From positions 90,396,001 to 90,460,000 of the forward strand of contig OZ024747.1 in the NCBI GenBank assembly GCA_964016885.1: a stretch of DNA of 64,000 nt. Reading direction: 5' to 3'. This document shows positions 43,401 to 54,808 of this stretch, piece after piece. Numbering within the stretch: the stretch's first letter is position 1; each line of letters starts with the position of its first letter. The notes under the pieces are model-generated. The model saw only the letters and a list, made by a program, of their open reading frames with translations. It was not told the DNA's origin and made no database searches. Made by a program: the position numbers and the translations under genes. Source of the DNA: Eledone cirrhosa. Taxonomy: Eukaryota.

Positions 43401-43846
43401 GCCCGGGTAGGGACCTCGCCAAAAAGATCTGTCCCAGATGCGTGTGCGACGAGGAAACCGTTGCACACGCATTAGTACACTGCTCGGGCGTAGCCGATCT
43501 GTGGGGCTATGTCGAACAACTGCTGTCAAGGGTGGGACCGATCCGGTTGACCACCGAGTCTATTGTAATGATCAAGCCGCCTCCCCCCTTCAAAGATGAA
43601 GCAGAGGCGGTGTTTCTGTGCGTAATAGCCATGGCGAAAGAGGTTGTATGGTGGACGCGTCTGAAAGGACTGAGGTCGGGCACCTTTCTCTCTGGCCAAC
43701 AACTGGTCCGTTTCTTCCGATATCATTTCGGAAGAAGGATCAGGATGGAGAGAGAGGTGCTGCACCCCAGCCGTTTCTATGAAAGATGGGTGAAAGTGGC
43801 GAGAATGGCCCGTGTGAATGGGCCTTCACTCTACATCAGACTATAG
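40409..43846 (+). CDS. ORF2: APE endonuclease + reverse transcriptase + C-terminal zinc finger (about 1145 aa from the first ATG), copy A
   Basis: APE motifs CLNARGL, ICE, GDWNG, YLDRF and SDH. Linker GPGYWKLN. RT motifs KSPGLDG, FRPITLLN, LDQSKAFDRVDH, RQGC(L)LS and YADD. Also GGLG and the C-terminal CPRC..ETVAHALVHC. First ATG at 40409 (AACATGG); the frame is open from 40385. Confidence 0.95.
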   Translation: MAMLRVGCLNARGLGSTWKQAMLLNDLRSQRIDVMVICEARISNVRQLAPTFDDFEMHASLCQPGGGGGVVVLLQKHLGLATQMVHLDPEGRLVVLDLGSGKGGAFRLVAAYGSFGSMRPDFFHRLETFLGTSRSLLLVGDWNGILDARWDYVGACPDREGCNSLKGLIGRFDLADRYRLDFPTASTWTWANRSGSSRSYLDRFLVRIKDKDFLSCPKMRMVGYSDHKLVTCMVNLDRTHRQGPGYWKLNLSLPASRAYRNRISTLVKERLTGAIVNSRWWVSLKREIRVVSIEFSKVLAADRNRKERELIDRVEEAIRSGDVARVLASRTALSQFFDAKHEGCVVRSKIRALGNEGTKAVSWARVTEANSGTKSTIRSLRDLDGRAILEPKQMCEAFQRHFARLFGRGGEPVGNVDFGPYLDGLPRLSDREAKSCEEPISAAEIEDVLSQCAKRKSPGLDGLPYELYLAMPDLFPDLLEAVYCNWQQNGRIPCTVTKGVVTLVRKDENKGDEISNFRPITLLNTELQILAKVLAKRLALVVGNLVGDAQTCAIPSRSIHDNLHLMRYIIERVGNEPGFGGALINLDQSKAFDRVDHGYLDAVLAAAGFGPVFRGWITAMHSSRICSRVKVNGYLSEPFKVARSIRQGCLLSSLLYVLTLEPLLRKLELLQGIPLEPGLRKAVSAYADDVTVMVSTASEIEAVGTLLEEYEKFTGAKLNRDKSIGLQLGTWRGRPMPSDSVVGRWTEGPVKLLGVWFGPDLQVEKNWTEVTNRVFALTQKWASCKLSLKGRAEVANTYIASVIYYRLTVVPCPRETLTKMERALFQFLWKRRAPMVRRSICCQHPSKGGLGMPWLMMRKHALRLRHLYVFLTGQPVWASFVRRTFPRLVSLTELQSWVKQRPRKLGAWHTECAQALTALWQADPVISGDSTATFYRGLVRSRCDDALGEALDMEEDELASLFGRTFSPGPMDNFQKSLAWQCYRGALPVRERLYRHGRPGRDLAKKICPRCVCDEETVAHALVHCSGVADLWGYVEQLLSRVGPIRLTTESIVMIKPPPPFKDEAEAVFLCVIAMAKEVVWWTRLKGLRSGTFLSGQQLVRFFRYHFGRRIRMEREVLHPSRFYERWVKVARMARVNGPSLYIRL

Positions 43847-44110
43847 GTGAGGAAGATGAAAGACCAAGGGAGCACCCCTTCTCTGTGCTCCTGAGGAGAA
43901 GGGTTGCACACTTTATTCGGGGGTGTGTGCGACCCCCCAAGGCGCCTCCTCTCTATTGAGGATTTTGTTAAAAATTTTATTTTTTGTTATATCTTATTTT
44001 ATTTTTATATTTTGTTATTGCCTCCTCCTTATTGAGGACGCCTTTTTGTGTAAACTCCCCCCTTTGTACTTGTCCCACTTTTGATGCCCTAGTGGCAAAT
44101 AAAAGAAATA
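43847..44110 (+). other. 3'UTR of copy A, with AATAAA at 44098-44103 and no poly(A) tail
   Basis: Follows the ORF2 TAG. Contains several stem-loops and a U-rich tract, and ends AATAAAAGAAATA. Confidence 0.8.
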
Positions 44111-47100
44111 TATCTTTATAAACACACTATGTCTCTCATTCCTTATCTCACCTCTATCTCTGTAAACACACTATGTCTCTCTTTCCTTATCTCACCTCTA
44201 TGTCTGTAAACACACTATGTCTCTCTTTCCTTATCTCACCTCTATCTTTATAAACACACTTTGTCTCCCTTTGCTTATCTCACCTCTATCTCTGTAAACA
44301 CACTATGTCTCCCTTTCCTTATCTCACCTCTATCTCTTTAAACACACTATGTCTCCCTTTCCTTATCTCACCTCTATCTCTGTAAACACACTATGTCTCC
44401 CTTTCCTTATCTCACCTCTATCTCTGTAAACACACTATGTCTCCCTTTCCTTATCTCACCTCTATCTCTGTAAACACACTATGTCTCCCTTTCCTTATCT
44501 CACCTCTATCTCTGTAAACACGCTATGTCTCTCTTTCCTTATCTCACCTCTATCTTTATAAACACACTATGTCTCCCTTTCATTATCTCACCTCTATCTC
44601 TGTAAACAACTATGTCTCTCTTTCCTTATCTCACCTCTATCTCTGTAAACACACTTTGTCTCCCTTTGCTTATCTCACCTCTATCTCTGTAAACACACTA
44701 TGTCTCTCTTTCCTTATCTCACCTCTATCTTTATAAACACACTATGTCTCCCTTTCCTTATCTCACCCCTATCTTTATAAACACATTATGTCTCTCATTC
44801 CTTATCTCACCTCTATCTTTGTAAACACACTATGTCCCCCTTTCCTTATCTCACCTCTATCTCTGTAAACACACTATGTCTCCCTTTCCTTATCTCACCT
44901 CTATCTCTGTAAACACACTATGTCTCCCTTTCATTATCTCACCTCTATCTCTGTAAACACACTATGTCTCCCTTTCCTTATCTCACCTCTATCTTTATAA
45001 ACACACTATGTCTCCCTTTCCTTATCTCACCTCTATCTTTGTAAACACACTATGTCTCCCTTTCCTTATCTCACCCCTATCTTTATAAACACACTATGTC
45101 TCTCTTTCCTTATCTCACCTCTATCTCTGTAAACACACTATGTCTCTCTTTCCTTATCTCACCTCTATCTCTGTAAACACACTATGTCTCTCTTTCCTTA
45201 TCTCACCTCTATCTCTGTAAACACACTATGTCTCCCTTTCCTTATCTCACCCCTATGTCTGTAAACACACTATGTCTCCCATTCCTTATCTCACCTCTAT
45301 CTTTGTAAACACACTATGTCTCCCTTTCCTTATCTCACCTCATCTTTGTAAACACACTATGTCTCCCTTTCCTTATCTCACCTCTATCTTTATAAACACA
45401 CTATATCTCCCTTTCCTTATCTCACCTCTATCTCTGTAAACACACTATGTCTCCCTTTCCTTATCTCACCTCTATCTCTGAAAACACACTATGTCTCCCT
45501 TTCCTTATCTCACCTCTATCTCTGTAAACACACTATGTCTCCCTTTCCTTATCTCACCTCTATCTCTGTAAACACATTATGTCTCTCTTTCCTTATCTCA
45601 CCTCTATCTCTGTAAACACACTATGTCTCCATTTCCTTATCTCACCTCTATCTCTGTAAACACATTATGTCTACCTTTCCTTATCTCACCTCTATCTGTA
45701 TAAACACACTATGTCTCCCTTTCCTTATCTCACCTCTATCTTTATAAACACACTATGTCTCCCTTTCCTTATCTCACCTCTATCTCTGTAAACACACTAT
45801 GTCTCCCTTTCCTTATCTCACCTCTATCTTTGTAAACACACTATATCTCCCTTTCCTTATCTCACCTCTATCTTTATAAACACACTATGTCTCCCTTTCC
45901 TTATCTCATCTCTATCTTTATAAACACACTATGTCTTCCTTTCCTTATCTCATCTCTATCTTTATAAACACACTATGTCTCCCTTACCTTATCTCACCCC
46001 TATCTTTATAAACACACTATGTCTCCCTTTCCTTATCTCACCTCTATCTTTATAAACACACTATGTCTCCCTTTCCTTATCTTACCTCTATCTCTGTAAA
46101 CACACTATGTCTCCCTTTCCTTATCTCACCTCTATCTCTGTAAACACACTATGTCTCTCTTTCCTTATCTCACCTCTATCTCTGTAAACACGCTATGTCT
46201 CTCTTTCCTTATCTCACCTCTATCTCTGTAAACACACTATGTCTCCCTTTCCTTATCTCACCTCTATCTCTGTAAACACACTATGTCTCCCTTTCCTTAT
46301 CTCACCTCTAACTCTGTAAACACACTATGTCTCCCTTTCCTTATCTCACCTCTAACTCTGTAAACACACTATGTCTCCCTTTCCTTATCTCACCTCTATC
46401 TCTGTAAACACACTATGTCTCCCTTTCCTTATCTCACCTCTATCTCTGTAAACACACTATGTCTCCCTTTCCTTATCTCACCCCTATGTCTGTAAACACA
46501 CTATGTCTCCCTTTCCTTATCTCACCTCTATCTTTGTAAACACACTATGTCTCCCTTTCCTTATCTCACCTCTAACTCTGTAAACACACTATGTCTCCCT
46601 TTCCTTATCTCACCTCTATCTCTGTAAACACACTATGTCTCCCTTTCCTTATCTCACCTCTAACTCTGTAAACACACTATGTCTCCCTTTCCTTATCTCA
46701 CCTCTATCTCTGTAAACACACTATGTCTCCCTTTCCTTATCTCACCTCTATCTCTGTAAACACACTATGTCTTCCTTTCCTTATCTCACCTCTATCTCTG
46801 TAAACACACTATGTCTCCCTTTCCTTATCTCACCTCTATCTCTGTAAACACACTATGTCTCCCTTTCCTTATCTCACCTCTATCTCTGTAAACACACTAT
46901 GTCTCTCTTTCCTTATCTCACCTCTATCTCTGTAAACACACTATGTCTCCCTTTCCTTATCTCACCTCTATCTTTGTAAACACACTATGTCTCCCTTTCC
47001 TTATCTCACCTCTATCTTTGTAAACACACTATGTCTCCCTTTCCTTATCTCACCTCTATCTTTATAAACACACTATGTCTCCCTTTCCTTATCTCACCTC

Positions 47101-50100
47101 TATCTTTATAAACACACTATGTCTCCCTTTCCTTATCTCACCTCTATTTTTATAAACACACTATGTCTCCCTTTCCTTATCTCACCTCTATCTTTGTAAA
47201 CACACTATGTCTCCCTTTCCTTATCTCACCTCTATCTTTATAAACACACTATGTCTCACTTTCCTTATCTCACCTCTATCTCTGTAAACACACTATGTCT
47301 CCCTTTCCTTATCTCACCTCTATCTTTATAAACACACTATGTCTCCCTTTCCTTATCTCACCTCTATCTCTGTAAACACACTATGTCTCCCTTTCCTTAT
47401 CTCACCTCTATCTTTATAAACACACTATGTCTCCCTTTCCTTATCTCACCTCTATCTTTATAAACACACTATGTCTTCCTTTCCTTATCTCACCTCTATC
47501 TCTGTAAACACACTATGTCTCCCTTTCCTTATCTCACCTCTATCTCTGTAAACACACTATGTCTTCCTTTCCTTATCTCATCTCTATCTCTGTAAACACA
47601 CTATGTCTCCCTTTCCTTATCTCACCTCTATCTCTGTAAACACACTATGTCTCCCTTTCCTTATCTCACCTCTATCTCTGTAAACACACTATGTCTCCCT
47701 TTCCTTATCTCACCTCTATCTTTATAAACACACTATGTCTCCCTTTCCTTATCTCACCTCTATCTCTGTAAACACACTATGTCTCCCTTTCCTTATCTCA
47801 CCTCTATCTCTGTAAACACACTATGTCTCTCTTTCCTTATCTCACCTCTATTTTTATAAACACACTATGTCTCCCTTTCCTTATCTCACCTCTATCTTTG
47901 TAAACACACTATGTCTCCCTTTCCTTATCTCACCTCTATCTCTGTAAACACACTATGTCTCCCTTTCCTTATCTCACCTCTATCTCTGTAAACACACTAT
48001 GTCTCTCTTTCCTTATCTCACCTCTATTTTTATAAACACACTATGTCTCCCTTTCCTTATCTCACCTCTATCTCTGTAAACACACTATGTCTCCCTTTCC
48101 TTATCTCACCTCTATCTCTGTAAACACACTATGTCTCCCTTTCCTTATCTCACCTCTATCTCTGTAAACACACTATGTCTCTCTTTCCTTATCTCACCTC
48201 TATTTTTATAAACACACTATGTCTCCCTTTCCTTATCTCACCTCTATCTTTATAAACACACTATGTCTCCCTTTCCTTATCTCACCCCTATCTTTATAAA
48301 CACACTATATCTCCCTTTCTTTATCTCACCCCTATCTTTATAAACACATTATGTCTCTCTTTCCTTATCTCACCTCTATCTTTGTAAACACACTATGTCT
48401 CCCTTTCCTTATCTCACTTCTATCTTTATAAACACACTATGTCTCCCTTACCTCATCTCACCCCTATCTTTATAAACACACTATGTCTCCCTTTCCTTAT
48501 CTCACCTCTATCTTTATAAACACACTATGTCTCCCTTTCCTTATCTCACCTCTATCTCTGTAAACACACTATGTCTCCCTTTCCTTATCTCACCTCTATC
48601 TCTGTAAACACACTATGTCTCCCTTTCCTTATCTCACCTCTATCTCTGTAAACACACTATGTCTCCCTTTCCTTATCTCACCTCTATCTCTGTAAACACA
48701 CTATGTCTCCCTTTCCTTATCTCACCTCTATCTTTGTAAACACACTATGTCTCTATTTCCTTATCTCACCTCTATCTCTGTAAACACACTATGTCTCCCT
48801 TTCCTTATCTCACCTCTATCTCTGTAAACACACTATGTCTCCCTTTCCTTATCTCACCTCTATCTTTGTAAACACACTATGTCTCCCTTTCCTTATCTCA
48901 CCTCTATCTTTATAAACACACTATGTCTCCCTTTCCTTATCTCACCTCTATCTTTATAAACACACTATGTCTTCCTTTCCTTATCTCACCTCTATCTCTG
49001 TAAACACACTATGTCTCCCTTTCCTTATCTCACCTCTATCTCTGTAAACACACTATGTCTCCCTTTCCTTATCTCACCTCTATCTCTGTAAACACACTAT
49101 GTCTCCCTTTCCTTATCTCACCTCTATCTCTGTAAACACACTATGTCTCCCTTTCCTTATCTCACCTCTATCTCTGTAAACACACTATGTCTCCCTTTCC
49201 TTATCTCACCTCTATCTCTGTAAACACACTATGTCTCCCTTTCCTTATCTCACCTCTATCTCTGTAAACACACTATGTCTCCCTTTCCTTATCTCACCTC
49301 TATCTCTGTAAACACACTATGTCTCCCTTTCCTTATCTCACCTCTATCTCTGTAAACACACTATGTCTCCCTTTCCTTATCTCACCTCTATCTCTGTAAA
49401 CACACTATGTCTCCCTTTCCTTATCTCACCTCTATCTCTGTAAACACACTATGTCTCCCTTTCCTTATCTCACCTCTATCTTTGTAAACACACTATGTCT
49501 CCCTTTCCTTATCTCACCTCTATCTTTATAAACACACTATGTCTCCCTTTCCTTATCTCACCTCTATCTTTATAAACACACTATGTCTTCCTTTCCTTAT
49601 CTCACCTCTATCTCTGTAAACACACTATGTCTCCCTTTCCTTATCTCACCTCTATCTCTGTAAACACACTATGTCTCCCTTTCCTTATCTCACCTCTATC
49701 TCTGTAAACACACTATGTCTCCCTTTCCTTATCTCACCTCTATCTCTGTAAACACACTATGTCTCCCTTTCCTTATCTCACCTCTATCTCTGTAAACACA
49801 CTATGTCTCCCTTTCCTTATCTCACCTCTATCTCTGTAAACACACTATGTCTCCCTTTCCTTATCTCACCTCTATCTCTGTAAACACACTATGTCTCCCT
49901 TTCCTTATCTCACCTCTATCTCTGTAAACACACTATGTCTCCCTTTCCTTATCTCACCTCTATCTCTGTAAACACACTATGTCTCCCTTTCCTTATCTCA
50001 CCTCTATCTCTGTAAACACACTATGTCTCCCTTTCCTTATCTCACCTCTATCTCTGTAAACACACTATGTCTCCCTTTCCTTATCTCACCTCTATCTCTG

Positions 50101-52775
50101 TAAACACACTATGTCTCCCTTTCCTTATCTCACCTCTATCTCTGTAAACACACTATGTCTCCCTTTCCTTATCTCACCTCTATTTTTATAAACACACTAT
50201 GTCTCCCTTTCCTTATCTCACCTCTATCTCTGTAAACACACTATGTCTCCCTTTCTTTATCTCACCTCTATCTTTGTAAACACACTATGTCTCCCTTTCC
50301 TTATCTCACCTCTATCTTTATAAACACACTATGTCTCCCTTTCCTTATCTCACCTCTATCTCTGTAAACACACTATGTCTCCCTTTCCTTATCTCACCTC
50401 TATCTTTGTAAACACACTATGTCTCTATTTCCTTATCTCACCTCTATCTCTGTAAACACACTATGTCTCCCTTTCCTTATCTCACCTCTATCTCTGTAAA
50501 CACACTATGTCTCCCTTTCCTTATCTCACCTCTATCTTTGTAAACACACTATGTCTCCCTTTCCTTATCTCACCTCTATCTTTATAAACACACTATGTCT
50601 CCCTTTCCTTATCTCACCTCTATCTTTATAAACACACTATGTCTTCCTTTCCTTATCTCACCTCTATCTCTGTAAACACACTATGTCTCCCTTTCCTTAT
50701 CTCACCTCTATCTCTGTAAACACACTATGTCTCCCTTTCCTTATCTCACCTCTATCTCTGTAAACACACTATGTCTCCCTTTCCTTATCTCACCTCTATC
50801 TTTGTAAACACACTATGTCTCCCTTTCCTTATCTCACCTCTATCTCTGTAAACACACTATGTCTCCCTTTCCTTATCTCACCTCTATCTTTATAAACACA
50901 CTATGTCTTCCTTTCCTTATCTCACCTCTATCTCTGTAAACACACTATGTCTCTCATTCCTTATCTCACCTCTATCTTTGTAAACACACTATGTCTCCCT
51001 TTCCTTATCTCACCTCTATCTCTGTAAACACACTATGTCTCCCTTTCCTTATCTCACCTCTATCTCTGTAAACACACTATGTCTCCCTTTCCTTATCTCA
51101 CCTCTATCTCTGTAAACACACTATGTCTCCCTTTCCTTATCTCACCTCTATCTCTGTAAACACACTATGTCTCCCTTTCCTTATCTCACCTCTATCTCTG
51201 TAAACACACTATGTCTCCCTTTCCTTATCTCACCTCTATCTCTGTAAACACACTATGTCTCCCTTTCCTTATCTCACCTCTATCTCTGTAAACACACTAT
51301 GTCTCCCTTTCCTTATCTCACCTCTATCTCTGTAAACACACTATGTCTCTCTTTCCTTATCTCACCTCTATTTTTATAAACACACTATGTCTCCCTTTCC
51401 TTATCTCACCTCTATCTCTGTAAACACACTATGTCTCCCTTTCTTTATCTCACCTCTATCTTTGTAAACACACTATGTCTCCCTTTCCTTATCTCACCTC
51501 TATCTTTATAAACACACTATGTCTCCCTTTCCTTATCTCATCTCTATCTTTATAAACACACTATGTCTCCCTTTCCTTATCTCATCTCTATCTTTATAAA
51601 CACACTATGTCTTCCTTTCCTTATCTCACCTCTATCTCTGTAAACACACTATGTCTCCCTTTCCTTATCTCACCTCTATCTTTATAAACACACTATGTCT
51701 CCCTTTCCTTATCTCACCTCTATCTCTGTAAACACACTATGTCTCCCTTTCTTTATCTCACCTCTATCTTTGTAAACACACTATGTCTCTCTTTCCTTAT
51801 CTCACCTCTATCTTTATAAACACACTATGTCTCCCTTTCCTTATCTCATCTCTATCTTTATAAACACACTATGTCTCCCTTTCCTTATCTCACCTCTATC
51901 TCTGTAAACACACTATGTCTCCCTTTCCTTATCTCACCTCTATCTCTGTAAACACACTGTCTCCCTTTCCTTATCTCACCTCTATCTTTATAAACACACT
52001 ATGTCTCCCTTTCCTTATCTCATCTCTATCTTTATAAACACACTATGTCTCCCTTTCCTTATCTCACCTCTATCTTTATACACACACTATGTCTCCCTTT
52101 CCTTATCTCATCTCTATCTTTATAAACACACTATGTCTCCCTTTCCTTATCTCATCTCTATCTTTATAAACACACTATGTCTTCCTTTCCTTATCTCACC
52201 TCTATCTCTGTAAACACACTATGTCTCCCTTTCCTTATGTCACCTCTATCTATGTAAACACACTATGTCTCCCTTTCCTTATCTCACCTCTATCTCTGTA
52301 AACACACTGTCTCCCTTTCCTTATCTCACCTCTATCTCTGTAAACACACTGTCTCCCTTTCCTTATCTCACCTCTATCTTTATAAACACACTATGTCTCC
52401 CTTTCCTTATCTCACCTCTATCTCTGTAAACACACTATGTCTCCCTTTCCTTATCTCACCTCTATCTCTGTAAACACACTGTCTCCCTTTCCTTATCTCA
52501 CCTCTATCTTTATAAACACACTATGTCTCCCTTTCCTTATCTCACCTCTATCTCTGTAAACACACTATGTCTCCCTTTCCTTATCTCACCTCTATCTCTG
52601 TAAACACACTATGTCTCTCTTTCCTTATCTCACCTCTATTTTTATAAACACACTATGTCTCCCTTTCCTTATCTCACCTCTATCTCTGTAAACACACTAT
52701 GTCTCCCTTTCCTTATCTCACCTCTATCTTTGTAAACACACTATGACTCCCTCTCCTTATCTCACCTCTATCTTT
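44111..52775. repeat. 44-bp satellite, block 2 (197 monomers plus 7 bp)
   Basis: Same monomer and orientation as block 1. The length of 8665 equals 197x44 + 7 - 10, where the 10 nt are visible deletions (about 44628, 45341, 51959, 52309, 52351, 52481). Confidence 0.98.
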
Positions 52776-52993
52776 CTCTGGGATGGACACACGCGTATAA
52801 CTTGCTGAGTAAGTTCTGTTTAAATTTCTATAGAAATTCTTGTCTGATAACTTTAATTTTTGTACCATTTTGTAGAGGGACTGCCAGGTCAAACTTTGAT
52901 CTGGTCAGTCTCTCAAAATATTCTACGCCTTTAGGCGAAATAGTTAAACAAAAAAAAAAAGTTTTTTCTTGTTGAAAAGTCAATATTTTTTAA
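52776..52993 (+). promoter_or_regulatory. 5'UTR of copy B (possible internal promoter; structured)
   Basis: Lies between the satellite junction and the ORF1 ATG. Contains palindrome AATTTCTATAGAAATT (52823-52838) and a long hairpin (52875-52914). The promoter role is inferred only from L1-clade biology. Confidence 0.55.
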
Positions 52994-54784
52994 ATGGCCG
53001 AAGCTTCTTCACCAAAATTCGAAGGAGGAAAGGGGAAGATGAACTTACAGCTTCCTCCTGCCACTGTCACAGTAGCAGAGGTCAAGAAGATAGGTCAGCC
53101 AGAGGAAGAATTCTCTCCACCTGTTAACCGACAACTTGACGTTGCCATGGCAACAACCCAAAGAACCAGCAGCAACAGCAACAACAACAACAATGCGACG
53201 GACGAAAACAACACCAATAACAATAACAACAACAACAACAACAAGACCAATAACGGTGACAACAACAACAATGATAACAACAACACCACCAACGACAACA
53301 ACAACACAAACAAACAAAATTTCTCCTTCGCCGAGACGACAAGGAAAACCCTCGACTATCTGCCAGTAGATATAACAAAAGCGAAGGAGCTACTGGCGGA
53401 TGCGAAAAAATATATAGTGTACGGGGAAAATGGTTCATTCACAATCCATTCCCCCCCGGAACTAAAAAGCCAGAGACTCCTAAACACGGTCATGTTTAGG
53501 ACAATCTCGAACAAAAGTAAAAAACCAGCTCAACCATCACAGAGCGAGATAGAGCTGGTTTTAAAAGACGTCATGAAGGACATCACCTTCATTCAGAAGG
53601 ATAGACTCTACGGGAGTCTATCCATTCTCATGAAGGACAGGGACACAGCAGTGAAACTGTCCATCAAACCAATCACATCCACCGCATACACCTTCTACCC
53701 TACGTACATGGGTAGAAGAACACAAAAAATAAAAATCCACACCATCCTGCCGATTATGGACATATGGTGGGTTTTGACAGGTTTTCTGGACCTGGAGGAT
53801 GACATGCTGGTGTCCATGGGAAAGGCATCGGGTGACGCGTTTAGTGGAACGAGCCTCGAACTTGTAGTTCAAATGAGGCCCGAAAGGATCGCCCAGATCC
53901 CTGAACGCGTCATACTGGATGATCTAACCTTCATCAACATTACCGTTGAGGGTAGACGGCCCTCGTGTTACCTCTGCGGAACCAGAGGTCACCTGAGGGC
54001 TGTCTGTCCCCAACTTAATAAGAAAACCCCAATCCTGCCTACACCACCAACAACTGCACAACCAACACAATCACCACAACTACCACTACAAAAACAACCA
54101 CCACAGCTCAAACCAAAACAAAACAATGTCCAACCCATCCCCTCCACTCAAAAAACAAAAACAATTTCCAAAACACCCGTACCGCAAACACAACCCGAAA
54201 ATATACCCCTCCCCTCCAACGCGGAAGATGACCCTAGTTCGTCGTCAGACGAGGAGGAGCACTTCCACACAATCAAAAGAAAAAAAAGAAAACACACCTC
54301 AGACACACAAATGAAAAAAAACCCTCCCCAAAACATAACACTGACACCAACACAAAAGAGCTCACAACAGCAAACAAAAAACACCACACAAAAACAAAAA
54401 CATGCATACACATACATAAATACAAGAAACAAAAAACTGTTAAACATTGTGTACAACAACAATCTAATAAAAACACAAGGGCCTAACTTCACCCAGGCAG
54501 GGGATTTCCCCCACCTCAAAATGATTAAGGCCCCACAGGACACCTATAAAACTTTAAAAAACAATTTTAAAGAGGACGTGGGTCCCCCCTGCGTCGGGCC
54601 CATTAACCGCGTCCTCCTAAAAAACTATCCCACCCCCTCCCCAAACACCCTCACAACTCCAAGCTCCCCAACCACACAACACACTGATGCCCCCACACTT
54701 CCACAAACCACCACCCCACCCAACAACCCATCCCCCACCCTAATGGAAATTGTGCAGCCCGATACCCGGGACGTAGAGAGGTAA
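52994..54784 (+). CDS. ORF1 (gag-like nucleic-acid-binding protein, 596 aa) of copy B
   Basis: ATG in strong context (AAAATGG-like, TAAATGG). Contains an Asn-rich tract, the zinc knuckle CYLCGTRGHLRAVC (CX2CX4HX4C), a Pro/Gln/Thr-rich region, and acidic SSSSDEEE followed by basic KRKKRK (NLS-like). Its position upstream of APE-RT is typical of L1/Tx1 ORF1. Confidence 0.88.
   Translation: MAEASSPKFEGGKGKMNLQLPPATVTVAEVKKIGQPEEEFSPPVNRQLDVAMATTQRTSSNSNNNNNATDENNTNNNNNNNNNKTNNGDNNNNDNNNTTNDNNNTNKQNFSFAETTRKTLDYLPVDITKAKELLADAKKYIVYGENGSFTIHSPPELKSQRLLNTVMFRTISNKSKKPAQPSQSEIELVLKDVMKDITFIQKDRLYGSLSILMKDRDTAVKLSIKPITSTAYTFYPTYMGRRTQKIKIHTILPIMDIWWVLTGFLDLEDDMLVSMGKASGDAFSGTSLELVVQMRPERIAQIPERVILDDLTFINITVEGRRPSCYLCGTRGHLRAVCPQLNKKTPILPTPPTTAQPTQSPQLPLQKQPPQLKPKQNNVQPIPSTQKTKTISKTPVPQTQPENIPLPSNAEDDPSSSSDEEEHFHTIKRKKRKHTSDTQMKKNPPQNITLTPTQKSSQQQTKNTTQKQKHAYTYINTRNKKLLNIVYNNNLIKTQGPNFTQAGDFPHLKMIKAPQDTYKTLKNNFKEDVGPPCVGPINRVLLKNYPTPSPNTLTTPSSPTTQHTDAPTLPQTTTPPNNPSPTLMEIVQPDTRDVER
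53170..53308 (+). repeat. Imperfect (AAC)n microsatellite encoding poly-Asn in ORF1
   Basis: Runs of AACAACAAC translate as SNSNNNNN...NNNNNNNNN. Confidence 0.9.
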
Positions 54785-54808
54785 GTGCCTTTTCTCTTCA
54801 CCACCAAC

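Larger units (their letters stand above)
38872..44110 (+). mobile_element. Non-LTR retrotransposon, L1/Tx1 type, copy A (5'-truncated, 5239 bp)
   Basis: Begins at TGATAACAAC, equivalent to 53272 of copy B, and contains partial ORF1, open ORF2 and a 3'UTR ending AATAAAAGAAATA. Flanked by TATCTTT at 38865-38871 and 44111-44117. Confidence 0.95.

Noticed and set aside
40385-43846. Bacterial RT system (group II intron, retron, DGR) or R2-type RLE element
   Set aside because: An N-terminal APE domain, gag-like ORF1, AATAAA and TSD indicate a eukaryotic L1/Tx1 LINE. The GTG start at 40385 is a less likely initiator than the ATG at 40409.
52001-52213. 70-aa ORF in the satellite
   Set aside because: It is translated repeat, open only because a point variant removes a TAA.
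52843-52940. Hammerhead ribozyme in the 5'UTR (CTGATAA ... GGCGAAA)
   Set aside because: The CUGANGA core is not matched and is not adjacent to the CGCC/GGCG stem.
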